NCBI RefSeq assembly: GCF_052425735.1
Contig: NC_135761.1
Location: forward strand, 8,246,001 to 8,310,000
DNA: 64,000 bases
Source: Oculina patagonica
Lineage: Eukaryota
Reading direction: 5' to 3'
Numbering within the stretch: the stretch's first letter is position 1; every line of letters starts with the position of its first letter. Positions 1 through 13,300 of the stretch are shown piece after piece. Under the pieces are notes generated by a model that was not told where the DNA came from, made no database searches, and saw only the letters and a program-made list of their open reading frames with translations. Made by a program: the position numbers and the translations under genes.

Positions 1-346
1 TTAAGGCACCATCGATTTTTTTCGGTATTCAACGGAATCGAAAACCGTCAATTCAAAACATTGGCTTGATTAGCGAAGATAAGCAAACATTTGAATGCAA
101 TTGCAAGACATTTGTGCCGGACAAGTATATTTCTTAACTGTTCCGAAGATTTTTCTTTAACTTGATATATCCACCGAGACAATCCCCGACAATTTACGAA
201 GATATCACGAGCAGCTTAAAACGGCTTCTCACGCCAGTAGTTTCGGTTAAGGTCCCTTGAAAGCTTCCGAATAACCCCCCAGACTGCCATTCCGCGCTAT
301 TGAAAGGCAAAGAGTGCGGACTGGGACTGTGGATAGGGAACCATTA

Positions 347-521
347 CAGTCAACTCTCGCCTTGCGGACACCCCGCTATTGCGGACACTCGCTATAACGG
401 ACAAAATCCACATCCCTGGCGAAAGAGGTTTGACTGGAAATGACTCCCGCAAATACGGACTCTCGCTATAACGGACACTAAACGACGCACCGAGCGTGTC
501 CGCTATAACGAGAGTTGACTG
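347..521. mobile_element. Tc1/mariner (pogo/Tigger-type) MITE
   Basis: TIR CAGTCAACTCTCG / CGAGAGTTGACTG with TA on both sides (345-346, 522-523). The paralogous site near 32155 lacks the insert. Confidence 0.85.
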
Positions 522-942
522 TAATGGAAAAACCTTTCCCAGGCCACCGCTGTCACAACCTCTCCTTCCCTTTTCTCTCTTTTACAACGTTTTTTTTTGT
601 TTTTCGTTTTGCTATGGGAGCCTCTGCGAGGAAGGGAGGTCCGAATGACGTTTTTGTGCCCAAGAAAGAGCTAGGAAATGGTCACTCCAAATGCAGTCAT
701 GAGCCCCATTAGAAGCAAGTTTACTGCATCCCTTTCTTTACTGCATTACCCCTTCTAAGCCTTGAACGACTGAGCAGACAAAGACGAAACAAATGCGTTA
801 TATCAGTCTTTTTTAATGGAATTTATTTTGCCATTACACCATTCCAGCACCATAAACACAAATCTACAAGTGAGACTTTTTAAAGGCAGACACTTTTCCG
901 TTTGCCTTTTGCCGCTCTATAACATCCAAACAGATTGTAATT

Positions 943-1932
943 TTAACTCTCCTGGGGAGGCTCCACTTCTTCTATGATGATCCTGCTCACGGACTTAAAG
1001 CCGGTATATGCGTCCCCTCGCGTGTAACCCTCACAGGAACCCACATTGAGCCCCACCTTTACAGGACCCTTGTTGATCCCTGGGCAGTAACCCTCAATGG
1101 TTGCTGTACGGATGATGTTCCATTTGCCTTCAGAGTAAACCGCCGTGTCGATTGGTATGGAGCACTCGGCACCGTTAAATGTGAAGAACCATCGGTTACA
1201 GCTAGCTTCTGAAAAGACGCGCATGTTTCCCTGATAAACAACTCGGAGATACGTTCTGTATCTCTGCTTTTCAAAGGCGCATTCCTAATCAGAAAATAAA
1301 ACACACTTATCAACAACAACAACAAGCTTTATTTGCACGACTATAAATACATACAGTATTGCAAAAACATAAAATTTAACTAAAGAGAGAAAATAAAGTC
1401 TACTGATGTATGTATGTAAAGCGAAACTTATAACAATCATAATCATGAAATAGGAAAAAAATGCAATTACGTATGTGTTACTAACATCACTTTTATTCCA
1501 TAGAAGATTATTTCGTAAAGATAAGCATAATGAAAGGTGATATTTATATTTGTTCCCTGGGCGGTTAGTATTTTGCAGTAAGGACGATTAAGATCAAATC
1601 AAGGTTTTTTGGACACAATGTAGATAATTTTTTTTCAATAAAATTGAAAACTTTGTAAAGCTTTATCCAGCTTTTTGGTGAGTAAAACAACGGTCAACGG
1701 GAGCAACGAGACGCGAGAAGAGACATCTTTCTCTTTCCTTTTCACGCTATGTACAATTTAAAGTTTGAAGAACGCTTACACATATTTTGCCTTCGTCGAC
1801 GTCGCTGCTCAGACTTTTCCAAAAACACTGTTTCCAGTTTGATATCTTCCGGGCTTTAGCGCTGTGGATAAACTTCAGCTGAAGAATCACCAGGAAATTC
1901 AGGCAAAGAACCAAATAAATCACCCTCGGCAT
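943..1932 (-). CDS. CTHRC1: CTHRC1-like secreted protein, collagen-less (gene A), 164 aa
   Basis: Exon 1932-1780 (signal peptide + NWKQCFW..DEGKIC, donor GTAAGC) joins exon 1284-943 (acceptor TTAG) in frame. The second exon reads [48 protein letters not shown], matching the CTHRC1 C-terminal domain. No Gly-X-Y repeat. Confidence 0.85.
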
Positions 1933-4029
1933 GACGCTTTAACACTGTCTTTCAACGGAGTATAGTCTAAAAGAGAAGCATAATGGCCACGCTTTAGAAA
2001 CTTGCGTCACAGTGAAAGATGCGATTTAAAGCATTTCGGTTTAATTTTTTCCTACTTTATGATGCGTTTGCTAATAAAACATGGCTTTTTTGAGCTGTAA
2101 GCCCTGTGTTCAGCTTCAAAATGTCAGCAAATCTTTTGAACGGAATGAGAAGAAAAGCAATGCAAATCAAATAAAGTGAAAAGGGGCGTTCCTCTCGGCG
2201 AGGGCAAGAAGGATGGTTGTTGGAAATTGAAGGTTCGTGAATACTGGGAATGTAAAAGTCTATGTTAAATTCTCGTAGGCAAAAAAGCCGGCAAAAGAAA
2301 ATAATTCCAGAAAATCAAAAACTAACTACGTAATAATTCCAGAAACGATCAAAAACCACATTAAAGGGTGCTATATAACTTACCTTGTTCACGGGCCGCT
2401 TCCAAGTGTGAAGTTAGTGTACCTTACTGTAGTGCTAAATAATGAAAAAAAATAATGCATACGGGTATTCGAGGTGTATTTTTGCTCAACATGTCAAGAA
2501 TAACCTGCAAACCGTCATTCAAACTTATCATTTATTAGCTTGCCTAAAAGGTCCGCTAAAAGCTTATATGAGGTGTTTCTAAGAAGCGATACAGGTCTTT
2601 TGTAGGAATGTAAACGATCATTAAGCTGAAAGCTTCAATTCTTTGCACTAAAGGAAATGGTTTTTATACTGACACAGAATCCTCGTTAGCTATTTTCGCA
2701 TCGTTCTATAACATTGCAATCACGTAGATCATCTTACACGTTCAACTGTATTATACTCTGCACAGACCGGCATTAGCTACATTTTCTTTTGATATAAAGA
2801 TACGTAACCCCGGAAAAACCGGTTAATCCGGAATTCAAATGGAACTGTGAAAGGTATCCCGGTGGAATTTTTTTTGGAAAATAAGGTAACACCTTCCAAA
2901 GTATTACCTTTTTCCCGTTTCTCGCGGAATGATCGGAAATTTCTGTACCCTTTGCTAAAACCATGCAGACTGTTCGTTCACAGACAAGGTCGAAAATTGA
3001 ACCAAGGAACACTAAAATTTACCCGATGAGTCGTTTCAAATTAATCCAAAATTCTTGTGAAGTGGAGATAAAGAACGTTTCTTCTCAAGCGGCAAGAGTT
3101 TTTCCCTTGAACTTTCTCCATGGAGTCTCCAAAAAGACGGAAGATAAAATCGAAAAGTTTCACCCTCGATCGCCTTTTTTGTGACCCAAACTTGTCGTGG
3201 TGTTGTCAGAATGGAATATTCAAAAGGAACAGTTTTTTGGTTCCGTACTGTACTGTTCCATTTGTCGAAAAAACTCTCATCGAAAGTTCCATGTAAATGA
3301 TAAGCTCTCTGCATTCGCTGGTGTAAAACTGTATAATCCCCTAGGGTAGAGCTTGCTCTCAATCCATGATCGTCACAGTGGGGTGGGGGGGGGGGGGGAG
3401 GGGGGGGGGGGAACAAAAGAGACACTATTTCAAAGTTAAAAGAAAACAACGGCCGCGGCCACAAATGCCATGGAATTCGTAAAATATACGCGCGTATTAT
3501 CTGTAAGAAATGGAATTTTCAAAAGTAAAGGCTTCTTTCAGAACTGTGTCATTTGTCGAAAAGTTATCACCGAAAATTCCTTGTAAATGATAAGCTCTCC
3601 TTATTCCCTTGTTTAAAGCTGTATATAGTCCCTTAGCGGTAAGCCTGCTCTAAATCCATAAATGTCGCAACGAGGTACTTCTAAGAATCAAACGAGACAC
3701 TATCTTAAGATTAATGAAAGATAAGAGAACACGAAAGGCCGCGGCCACAAATTAATTAGATTCACACTTCTATTACATGCCGGATCGTGCAATTCGTCTT
3801 TAGTATATTATCGATATACTATCTCGCAGTTAAAAAAAATCTTTAAAACAACCGCGACTGCAATATGCGGTCCAATACAGAAAAGATATTGGACCGGCAA
3901 TGGGGCAATTTTATTGGTTGATTTTAGTTATTTACCCTTGACTAAAATTAGTCGTGCAATTAGATAACATGGTCGAATATTGACGGGGTTTCACTGTAAA
4001 CTGTTTCCACGATACAAGAAACCTCTTTA

Positions 4030-4462
4030 AGGCTGCTTCTCATTGCTTCTCATATAATCGCCCCGATCGTTTCTTTCATATCGCTTCTGTCACTTCAAAA
4101 AGTTTTCTTGCGATTAGGGCGATTATATGAGAACATTACTCAAACGATTGCTAACGTCTGCGGCGATTGGGGCTATCACGATCGCTAGGATCGCCCGTGT
4201 TCTATTCTTCTAGCTTCTCTTTCCTTTCTTCGCCGTAGAACTGCAATAACTGAGAAAATAGGAGACCACGAGTCTTGCTCTTTCAGTGAAGGCTGCAATT
4301 GTGTTGGATCTAGGTCTTCGCTCTTATCATGCGATCGAGACGATCATATGAGAACTCCCGAACGCTTCCAATCGCTTCGATCGCCTACGATCGTCCCAGT
4401 ATTAATTTTGCAAACGATCGATACGATTAAAACAATCGGGGCGATCATATGAGAACCAGGCT
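4030..4462. mobile_element. PIF/Harbinger-like MITE (copy shared with 16832-17443)
   Basis: Ends AGGCTGCTTCTCAT / ATATGAGAACCAGGCT, with internal CGATCG-rich repeats. An inverted copy lies in the right arm. Confidence 0.6.
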
Positions 4463-4980
4463 TTGGGGATCCTCGGCAGCCATGCGAATCTTTAACATGA
4501 TCCAGTCGGATCTCAACATTTTTTTGAAAGAGTCCGAATGGTTTCGGTAAATAATGAAACGCGAAAATAAAAGGTATTAGAGCAGGTCCTCTCGCGAAAT
4601 GATCTGAAAAAAAAAAACTGTTGCTGCCTGCCGTTCAACTAAGGTCAGATTGCAGCAGCGTATTCACAGGTGTGCAGGGGGAAGGAAAGGGACAAAGCCC
4701 ATGCAAGAATGGTTGTTAAAGAGAAGGCTGGCCGTGGGGAGGGGTGTGTGTGGATATTTTTGGCTCCTCGGATCACGTTTTAAGCATAAAAAGAGGATGG
4801 GGCCCGGCACTGTTTAGGATGGATTGAAATGGATTGAAATCAGCGCTTTGTATTAATAGCAATGTGAGTGCTTGACACTAAGATTCATTGCTTTGCTGTG
4901 TTTATTTCATCATCGTTAATCTACAACTAAGACAAACAGCACAAAAACATTCCGACCAAGAGAGTCTGATTTTAATCGTG

Positions 4981-7962
4981 CTAGTACTGAGGTGGATCTA
5001 CTTCTTCCACAATGATCCTGCTGACGGAGTTCCAGCCAGTGTATGCGTTCCCTCGCTTAGTACCACCAGCGCAGGAACCCACATTGATTGCTACTTTGAC
5101 CGTTCCCTTAGAGATCCCTGGGCAGTAGCCCTCGATGGTAGCCGCGCGAAAGATGTTCCACGCGCCACCGGAGTAAACCACCGTGTCGATTGGCATGGAG
5201 CACTCGGCACCGTTAAATGTGAAGAACCATCGATTACAGCTAGCTGCTGTAAAGACCCGCATGTTTCCCTGGTAAACAACTCGGAGGTGAGTATTGCTGT
5301 TCCTCTTGACAAATGAGCACTCCTGATAGGAAATTCAAAAAAATCTATATTGATATCTCTTTGTCTTGAAACAAATTGTTCTCGACAATTAAATTTCTCT
5401 GTTTGGGAAGGGCACTTGAACCTAAATCATCTCTTGCGATTTTGCGCATTGTTTTCGCAAAACAAGTCAATTATTCATTCAATGAATTTGCAAATCACAT
5501 ATTTTTAAAAACGAGACGAGCCATTTGAATAAAACAGGAATCAAGCAAGTAGTTTAATTTTTATTTGGTCACTCGTTCAAAAAAAGATTGTCATAGAAGA
5601 AAGTCAGTGAATGGACAATTGGAGCGCTGTACTTAAAGGAGCGATAAAGAAAACTACGATGCATATTAGCTAGAACAGCAATCTGAAGGTTTTAAGCGAA
5701 TTGTTGAAAGTAGAGCAAAATGTGAAAAAGTCTGCCCGACGTATTCAATTTTAAGGTCATAGCCTCGCGTGTGCGTGACTTATAATTCTATCACCGATTT
5801 GAGGGTGGGGTTCTCTTAAACGCACATTTTAACTTGTGATGGATGTAACAGATGTATGTGGCACTGTAAATCGGATGTAAATGTCAAAAATGGTTTGAAG
5901 TTGACCCCCTTTAAGGGAGACGGGGTCCTACTTGAATTTGAATGAAATTTTAAGAGGTTTAAAGAAGGGGTAGAAGAAAAAAGATTTTTTGGAACACCAC
6001 CGGAGAGTTGACCTCCACGCAAGAGCACTTCAGGTTGCCAGGGGACTGTTTTTGTGTCCATCTACTACTTTTTAACTTTAAATTCCAGTTTAAAACCACA
6101 TTAAATCTTCAATTTTTCCTATTTCTCTCAATTTTACTAATCCTTTGTGAAAAAACTATTTCCTTTCAAACATCCCCAAAAATCACCCAAAAATTTACAA
6201 AACATCCCAAAACATAGCTAGATTCATGCAATGAGCGATGGGTTTTTGGATTGCTTGACACGCGAACGAGATATCTCCGTTAAACCCCGGCATGTTAAGC
6301 GGCGGAAAAACGGTCTTCGGGTGTACCCCCGCCTTAATAGCTTCAGTAGGCTAGTAAAGCAGTTTGTAACAAAACTAGATCATTATTTTAGGAGCCTGTT
6401 AAGTTTCCATGGATGTCATTATGTCTTTCGGAATTTGACTTTTCCAAGGTGTGATAGTGCCCCTTTAACTGGCTAGGCTCGCTTTGAAATATATCTATAT
6501 AATTGGCACTTACAGATATTTTTCCGTTGTCCAGGTCACTGTTTACGTTCTTCCAAGCACACTGTTTCCAGTTTGATATTCCTGAGCTTCCGGGAACTCC
6601 CGTTATTCCCGGGTCTCCTTGAGCTCCCTTATAGCCGACATCGCCCCTGTCTCCCTTCGGTCCTTGCAGGCCGTGATTTCCTGGGTTTCCTGGATTCCCT
6701 GGAATTCCGTGGCTTCCTGGGATCCCTGGGTTACCGGGAATACATCCACAGGTCTCACACTGCGATGGATTCTAAAACGTGTAATTGCACCTTGTAAACT
6801 TGTGCTAATAATGTCTAAGGAATTCAGATGCCTTATCTCGAAGGTGTTATGTTTTATTTCAAAATCAAACAACTCTACAATTGCATTTCATCGTAATGGT
6901 CGCCGTACACTAAACTTTAGGGGAATTTATCCCTTTCCTTTGTCTTCAAATGAAACTAAGCCTATTAAAACGGCTTGAAAAAAATGATAGCTGTAAGATG
7001 TACCACGACCAATCATGGCTTTTGTAAATGTTTGCCGAGTACGAAGAAAGAAACAATTTGCGCGTTTATTTGATTCAGTTGTGTAGCGTTTTTGACCACT
7101 GGATATTTAGAAAGTCAGTCTAGCATACCCGTATAAAATATCGATGATAGAGCGATACTGTGATGAGTAAAACCCGAGAACAAAAGACACGAAATCATGC
7201 AAAACAGTGCCAAATGCCGTTAAAGGGACTGTGTCAATGCTAAGTTAAGTTTATTTTATTACGTTTTGCCAAATACTCGCTATGAAACTTTTAAGTTTCA
7301 TAGCGAGTATTTGGCAAAAAAGAGTATTTCTTTGCAAACATTAAAATGTTTGCAAAGAAATTACTTCTATGGATCTAAATGACAAAACATAGCTTCATTG
7401 CAACTAAATGTGTCTCCGAGGCGTTAAAAACACTGTTCCGCCCAACAATATTCCAAAAACCCATATCGAAATCCATTTCAATCTTCGTCGCTTTTGAAAA
7501 TCCGTACCTTTTTTTGTATTTGGTGTGTTATTGGAATGTTCGTTCACTGTTGTAAGAGGCTATTTTTACATTCAACGAAATTGATGGTCATTTCCCATGC
7601 TTAAATTTAGCTAAACTCCGTGACACAGTCCCTTTAAGTCACGATGACTGCTTTTGGCTCTACTCCTGACTGGATGAAAACGCAACGTGTTTACGCCTTG
7701 ATTCTTTTGAGCTAATGTTACACGAGTTTTGGAGCCATTCACAGATTTCTTCGATATCAATTAAAAAAACCCTCTGCAACAACAAGATCGCCATAAAATC
7801 AATGTGTCGACACGAAAATTTGCATGAGTATTTCAGCACTGAGATGATACATACCTGACCAGGTGGCCCCTTTGGTTTCATTGCTTTAGCGCTGGAAATC
7901 AACTGCAGCTGTAGAATCACCAGAAAATTCAGGCAAAGAACCAAATAAATCGCCAAGGACAT
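4981..7962 (-). CDS. CTHRC1: CTHRC1-like collagen triple helix repeat protein (gene B), 235 aa
   Basis: Exons 7962-7855 (signal peptide), 6771-6514 ([10 protein letters not shown] + 18 Gly-X-Y + NWKQCAW..NGKIS) and 5322-4981 (C-terminal domain). All introns GT-AG, phase 0. Confidence 0.9.
7224..7633. mobile_element. Kolobok-type MITE in gene B intron 1
   Basis: TIR AGGGACTGTGTCA / TGACACAGTCCCT, flanked by TTAA at 7220-7223 and 7634-7637. Confidence 0.75.
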
Positions 7963-8054
7963 GACGCTTGAACGTTGTCTTCAACGGAGTAGAATTTTCA
8001 CCGACAGACACAAAGGTGCGAGATGTGATCAACTTTGATTTAAGTGCACTCCCC

Positions 8055-8062
8055 TTTATATA
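8055..8062 (-). promoter_or_regulatory. TATA box of gene B
   Basis: CCTATATAAAGGGG about 100 bp upstream of the ATG, identical in genes C and D. Confidence 0.7.
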
Positions 8063-8864
8063 GGAACATTGAGGCAGGCAGACGTTCTTCTTTTCTTCTT
8101 TCAATAAGTTAAGAACATTTAATTAGGTTTTGCTTATCTAAAGTGGTCAGCCTTGCGGCCATGAAGAATAATCTCTTTGACCTTTTAACAAAACTCCGTT
8201 TAGATATAAATCGTGCCAAGATGTTGAGCCATACGTGATACTAGCCGACATGCTTTAATTTGAAATGTTTAAAAACTGTATAGCACCCTTATCTTCAGGT
8301 AGTCAGTTGTAAATTGGTTTTTATTCTAGCGCTGAAAATGTTGTAAGTCTCACTGCTGTCCCTTTAAAAAAAACAATCCCACCCTATTCAGATCTATTCA
8401 AGCACAGCAAAAGTAATAATTTTAAAATCGCTTCACCCCGTTCCAGTCTGATGAAGTTAGAACTTAAAATTGCCAGCAAGAAGGGCCAAAAATTGTTTAG
8501 TCTTCCTAAAATGATGTATGATGTATGTAGCTTGTGAATAGGCGAGCATTTCTGTGACTGCTTTTGGAAAAGAAGATTCTAGTTTATAAAATTTTATGCT
8601 GAAATAAGACTAATCCCATCACCCCGGCATGCATCGGAAACACTCTGCACCCCGTCAAACATAACTAAAAGTTTATCTGATCTCTTCATGACAGAAATTA
8701 TAGCCAAACTGGTGATTAGATCACCGCTTTGTCCTGATTAAAAACAAACTCTTAAGTTTTAGAAAGTCAAAACCAGAATAACAAACAATTTTCGGCCTTT
8801 CTTGGTGGCAATTTCAAGTTCTAACACCGCCAGACTGTAACGGGGTGAAGCGATGTATTACACT

Positions 8865-9459
8865 TAGGGCTTTCCACAAGTTGCTCGGCAACTTTTTGGC
8901 AACTTTTCAGGATTCGAGCAACTTTTTCCCCTTCGAGCAACTTTTTTCCTCTCGAGCAACTTGTTGCATTTTGAGCAATTTCCAGACCGAAGATCTCCGA
9001 AGGTTACCCGAGTGTTGCTCAAAGGCAATACGAACGTTTCCGAAGATTTACGAAGTTTGCCGAAGACTTCCGAGGAACATCTGAAGACGTTTCAACTTTC
9101 TGCTCTTTCTGCATTAAAACATTACATAACTCGTCAGCAAACATGACGTTATCGATATCTTCACGATTTTTCTCAGTCAAAGAAATCCTTGTTATTTAAC
9201 AAATTTTCCCCTTAATATGTTAAATTGCTGTAAAATTGTATAAAACTGCTTAGAAATCTTACCCTCAAAGGGAAATTAGCATATATTTAGAGAAATTATC
9301 TTGATTAAAAGCAGCGTTTTGGAATTTTTGGAGCAACTTTCGAGCAACTTTTGTTATCAGAAGCAACTTTTTGGGATTTTTGGAGCAACTTTTGAGCAAC
9401 TTTTTGAGAAATTACGGGCAACTTTTTGGGAAATCTCGAGCAACTTGTGGAAAGCCCTA
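8865..9459. mobile_element. hAT-type MITE in the spacer between divergent genes B and C
   Basis: TIR TAGGGCTTTCCACAAGTTGCTC / GAGCAACTTGTGGAAAGCCCTA, 8-bp TSD ATTACACT (8857-8864, 9460-9467), and subterminal GAGCAACTTT repeats. Confidence 0.85.
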
Positions 9460-10270
9460 ATTACACTTGGGGCTGGAATACCCGGGGGGAAATACTGAAA
9501 AATATCAGTAGACGGGGAGGCTCCATCTCGAGGTCCAAACCCTTACTATTTTGCTTAATGACATTTTCCCTAATCTTTCCGTTGTATCCTCCAACTCGTA
9601 AAATCCCTACCCTCCATATGCCTACAGCCTGCAAAAGGTGCCCCTTTTGGGCGGAGCTTCCCCGTATAGTCCACTATACTGAGTACCCCCAGCCCCCAGC
9701 TAGAATAAAGTGGGGGTGTTTCAGTTAGAACCGTTAGAACCGAGCCGAACTAGCCAGCCCCAAAATTCAGGTTATTAGAAATCCCCGCCCCGGCCTGATG
9801 GAAAATCATTCAACTTCTATATAAATATAAAGAATCTGAGGAAACTAGTTTTAAAGCTGACAAAAAGACTTGTCAACGTAATAGAACCGTTATAGTTTAA
9901 AATGGGCACAATTAGAACCTTTTTTTTTCTAGCGCTGAAAATGTTGTCCATACGTTCTGAAACGTCCGTCCGTTTCGGGACAGCAGTCCCGAGGTGTTTG
10001 TACTTTACAACACTTTCAGCGCTAGAAAAAAAATTGCAACTCAAGGTAAGGATGCTACACAGTTTTTTAAACATTTCAAATTTATACGTGTCGGCTAGTA
10101 TCACGTATGGCCCAAGATCTTGGCATGACCTATATCTAAACGGAATTTTGTGTTAAGGTCAAAGAGATTATTCTTTATCATATCGCAAAGCTGTCCACTT
10201 GAGATAAGAAAAACCTAATTAAATGTTCTTAACTTTTTGAAAGAAGAACGACTGCCTGCCTCAATGTTCC

Positions 10271-10278
10271 TATATAAA
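10271..10278 (+). promoter_or_regulatory. TATA box of gene C
   Basis: CCTATATAAAGGGG upstream of ATG 10387, conserved in B and D. Confidence 0.7.
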
Positions 10279-10386
10279 GGGGAGTGCACTTCAATCAAAG
10301 TAAACCTGGACCAGATTTCGCACCTTTGTGTCTGTCGGTGAAAATTTCAGAAATTTTACTCCGTTGGAAGACAACGTTCAAGCGTC

Positions 10387-13300
10387 ATGTCCTTGGCGAT
10401 TTATTTGGTTCTTTGCCTGAATTTTCTGGTGATTCTACAGCTGCAGTTCATTTCCAGTGCTATAGCAATGAAACCAAAGGGGCCATCTGGCCAGGTATGT
10501 CTCACCTCAATGCTGAAATACTCATAAAAATTTTCGTGCCATTACACAGTGATTTTTTGGCGATCTTATTGTTGCAGAGCTTTTCTTTCAATTGACATCG
10601 AAGAAATCTGTGAATGGCTCCAAAACTCGTGTAACATTAGCTCTAAAGAATCAAGGCGTAAACACGTTGCGTTTTCATCCAGTCAGGAGTACAGCCAAAA
10701 GCAGTCATCGTGACTTCTGTGTCACGGATGTTAGCTAAATTTAAGCATGGAAAATGACCATCAATTTCGTTGAAATATAAAAATAACCTCTTAAAACAGT
10801 GAAGGAACATTCCAATAAAAAACCAAATACAAAAGAAGGTACGGATGGCCAAAAGCGACGAAGATTGAAACGGATTTCGATATGGATTTTTGAAATATTG
10901 TTCAGCTAAACAGTTTTCAAAGTTAATCTCGTTTCCTTATAACTTTAAAATTAGTTATAACGCCCGGGAGACACATTTGGTTGCAATGAAGCTATGTTTT
11001 GTCATTTAGATCCAGAGAAGTAATTTCTTTGCAAACATTAAGTTTCATAGCGAGTATTTGGCAAAACGTAATTAATAAAATAAACTTAACTTAGCATTGA
11101 CACAGTCCCTTTAACGGCATTTGGCACTGTTTTGCATGATTTCGTGTCTTTTGTTCTAGGGTTTTACTCATCACAGTATCGCTCTATCATCGATATTTTA
11201 TACGAGTACTAGTATGCTAGACTGACTTTCTAAATATCAAGTGGTCAAAAACGCTACACAGTCAGCTTAATCAAATAAACGCGCAAATTCAATGTTCCTT
11301 TCTTCGTACTCGGCAAACATTGCGGACAAAAGCCACGATCTAGGTCGTGGTACATCTTACAGCTAGTTAAGGGCAAGGGGACTCATATCATTTTATCTAG
11401 CCGTTTTAAACCGTTGCATTTCAAGACAAAGGAAAGGAATAAATTCCCCTGAAGTTTAAGTGTACGGCGACCATTATGATGAAATGCAATTGTAGAGTTG
11501 TTTGATTTTGAAATAAAACCTAACACCTTCTAGATAAGGCATCTGAATTCCTTAGACATTATTAGCACAAATTTACAAGGTGCATTTACACGTTTTAGAA
11601 TCCATCGCAGTGTGAGACCTGTGGATGTATTCCCGGTAACCCAGGGATCCCAGGAAGCCACGGAACTCCAGGGAATCCAGGAAACCCAGGAAATCACGGT
11701 CTGCAAGGACCGAAGGGAGACAAGGGCGAGGTCGGCTATAAGGTTGCTCGAGGAGAACCGGGATTTACGGGAGTTCCCGGACACTCAGGAACATCAAACT
11801 GGAAACAGTGTGCTTGGAAGAACGTAAACAGTGACCTGGACAACGGAAAAATATCTGTAAGTGCCAATTATCTAGATATATTTCAAAGCGAGCCTAGCCA
11901 GTTAAAGGGGCACTATCACTACTTGGAAAAGTCAAACTCCAAAAGACATAATGACATCCATGGAAACCTAACAGACTCCTAAAAACAATGATCTAGTTTT
12001 GTTACAAACTGCTATACTAGTCCACTGAAGCTATTAAGGCGGGGATACACCTGAAGGCAGTTTTTCCGCCGCTTAACATGCCGGGGTTTAACGGAGATAC
12101 TGATCTCGTTCGCGTGTCAAGCAATCTAAACACCCTTCGCTCATTGCATGGGTTAAGTACAAACCATTTCTGACATTTACATCCGATTTACCGTGCCAGA
12201 TACATCCGTTACATCTATCACAAGTTATTAAAATGTGGGCTTTATTGGACCTTCTCTGACCGGGGGGGAGGGCACATAGGGGGGGGGGGCTATGTAACTT
12301 CCAGAATATTGAAGCAATCACAATAAACCTATAGGATGTATAGTATGTCCAAACATCTTTCTTTTGGTATACGTCAAGTGGGATTATGACGTCACATCAC
12401 GTGACAATTACATCATGATGTCAAAACAGCCACCATCTTGGATCCGCCACCTTGGATTTCAAAATTCTTCCATAATGCCAGAAAATCACCCAAAATTACT
12501 GCAAAGTACACGAAATCAATAAAACTGTGCTTAAAAACCGTAAAAAGGTAAAAATTAATTGCATTTAAGTTAATTTTCATTAAAAGAAATACGAAAATTA
12601 CAAATATGGGAAAACATGCCTATCAAAATGCCATTGCCATGGTGATGTCAAGTTCCTGACACAACATCCTATCCTACCAAATTATTCCCAGATAAATTTT
12701 AAATAAACTCACAAAGTTTGGCAGGGTTTGGTTGAATCTTGAAAAAGTTATAAGCGTTCAAAGTCAGCGCGGGCCTCAAAAGCACCCCCCCCCCCCGGTC
12801 TGAATAGGGTTAAGAGAACCCCCCACCCTCAAATGGGTGATAGTATCATAAGTCACGCACACGCAAAGCCATGACCTTAAAATTGAATAAGTTGGGCAGA
12901 CCTGTTCCCATCGTGCTCTTTTGTCTTGGAAAAATCGCTAAAAAATTTGCTCTACTTCCGTCAACAATTCTCTCTCAGTTAGTTCTTCCACAACCTCGAA
13001 CTGATTATCTCGAGAAAAGTTTTTCGTACAGCGGAGCTCAGTTGTGGAACAACTTACCTATAGACCTAAGACAAGCATCTTCACTTGCCGATTTCAAATC
13101 TAAATTAAGTCGGCACAGTTTAAAGTAATATCTAAATTTTAAGTAAATTTTAGACACGGCCTCCATGAAAAGCAGACTTTTCTTTTGTTATTTGAATTTG
13201 TTGTTATTAAATTTTTGTAGTTAGTTAGATAGGTAGATAGTCCAGTAACTTAATTGACTGATGGAAAAATCGTGTATAAATAAAGTTATCTTATCTTATC

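Larger units (their letters stand above)
2470..8362 (-). repeat. Left arm of a large inverted segmental duplication (mirrors ~9978-18460; 1-3370 also mirrors ~29350-32490)
   Basis: Reverse-complement matches run through exons, introns and intergenic DNA, e.g. 8326-8362 vs 9978-10030, 4030-4462 vs 16832-17443, and 1-35 vs 32455-32490. Confidence 0.85.

Noticed and set aside
4888-5316. Antisense or alternate-frame ORFs recurring in each CTHRC1 last exon
   Set aside because: They recur only because the sense exon is duplicated. Starts and ends are not conserved.
1-8362. Left arm as a mis-assembled allele of the right-hand genes
   Set aside because: B shares TE insertions with C while A pairs with E, and all copies have private insertions and many substitutions, so paralogy fits better. 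Read evidence is still needed.
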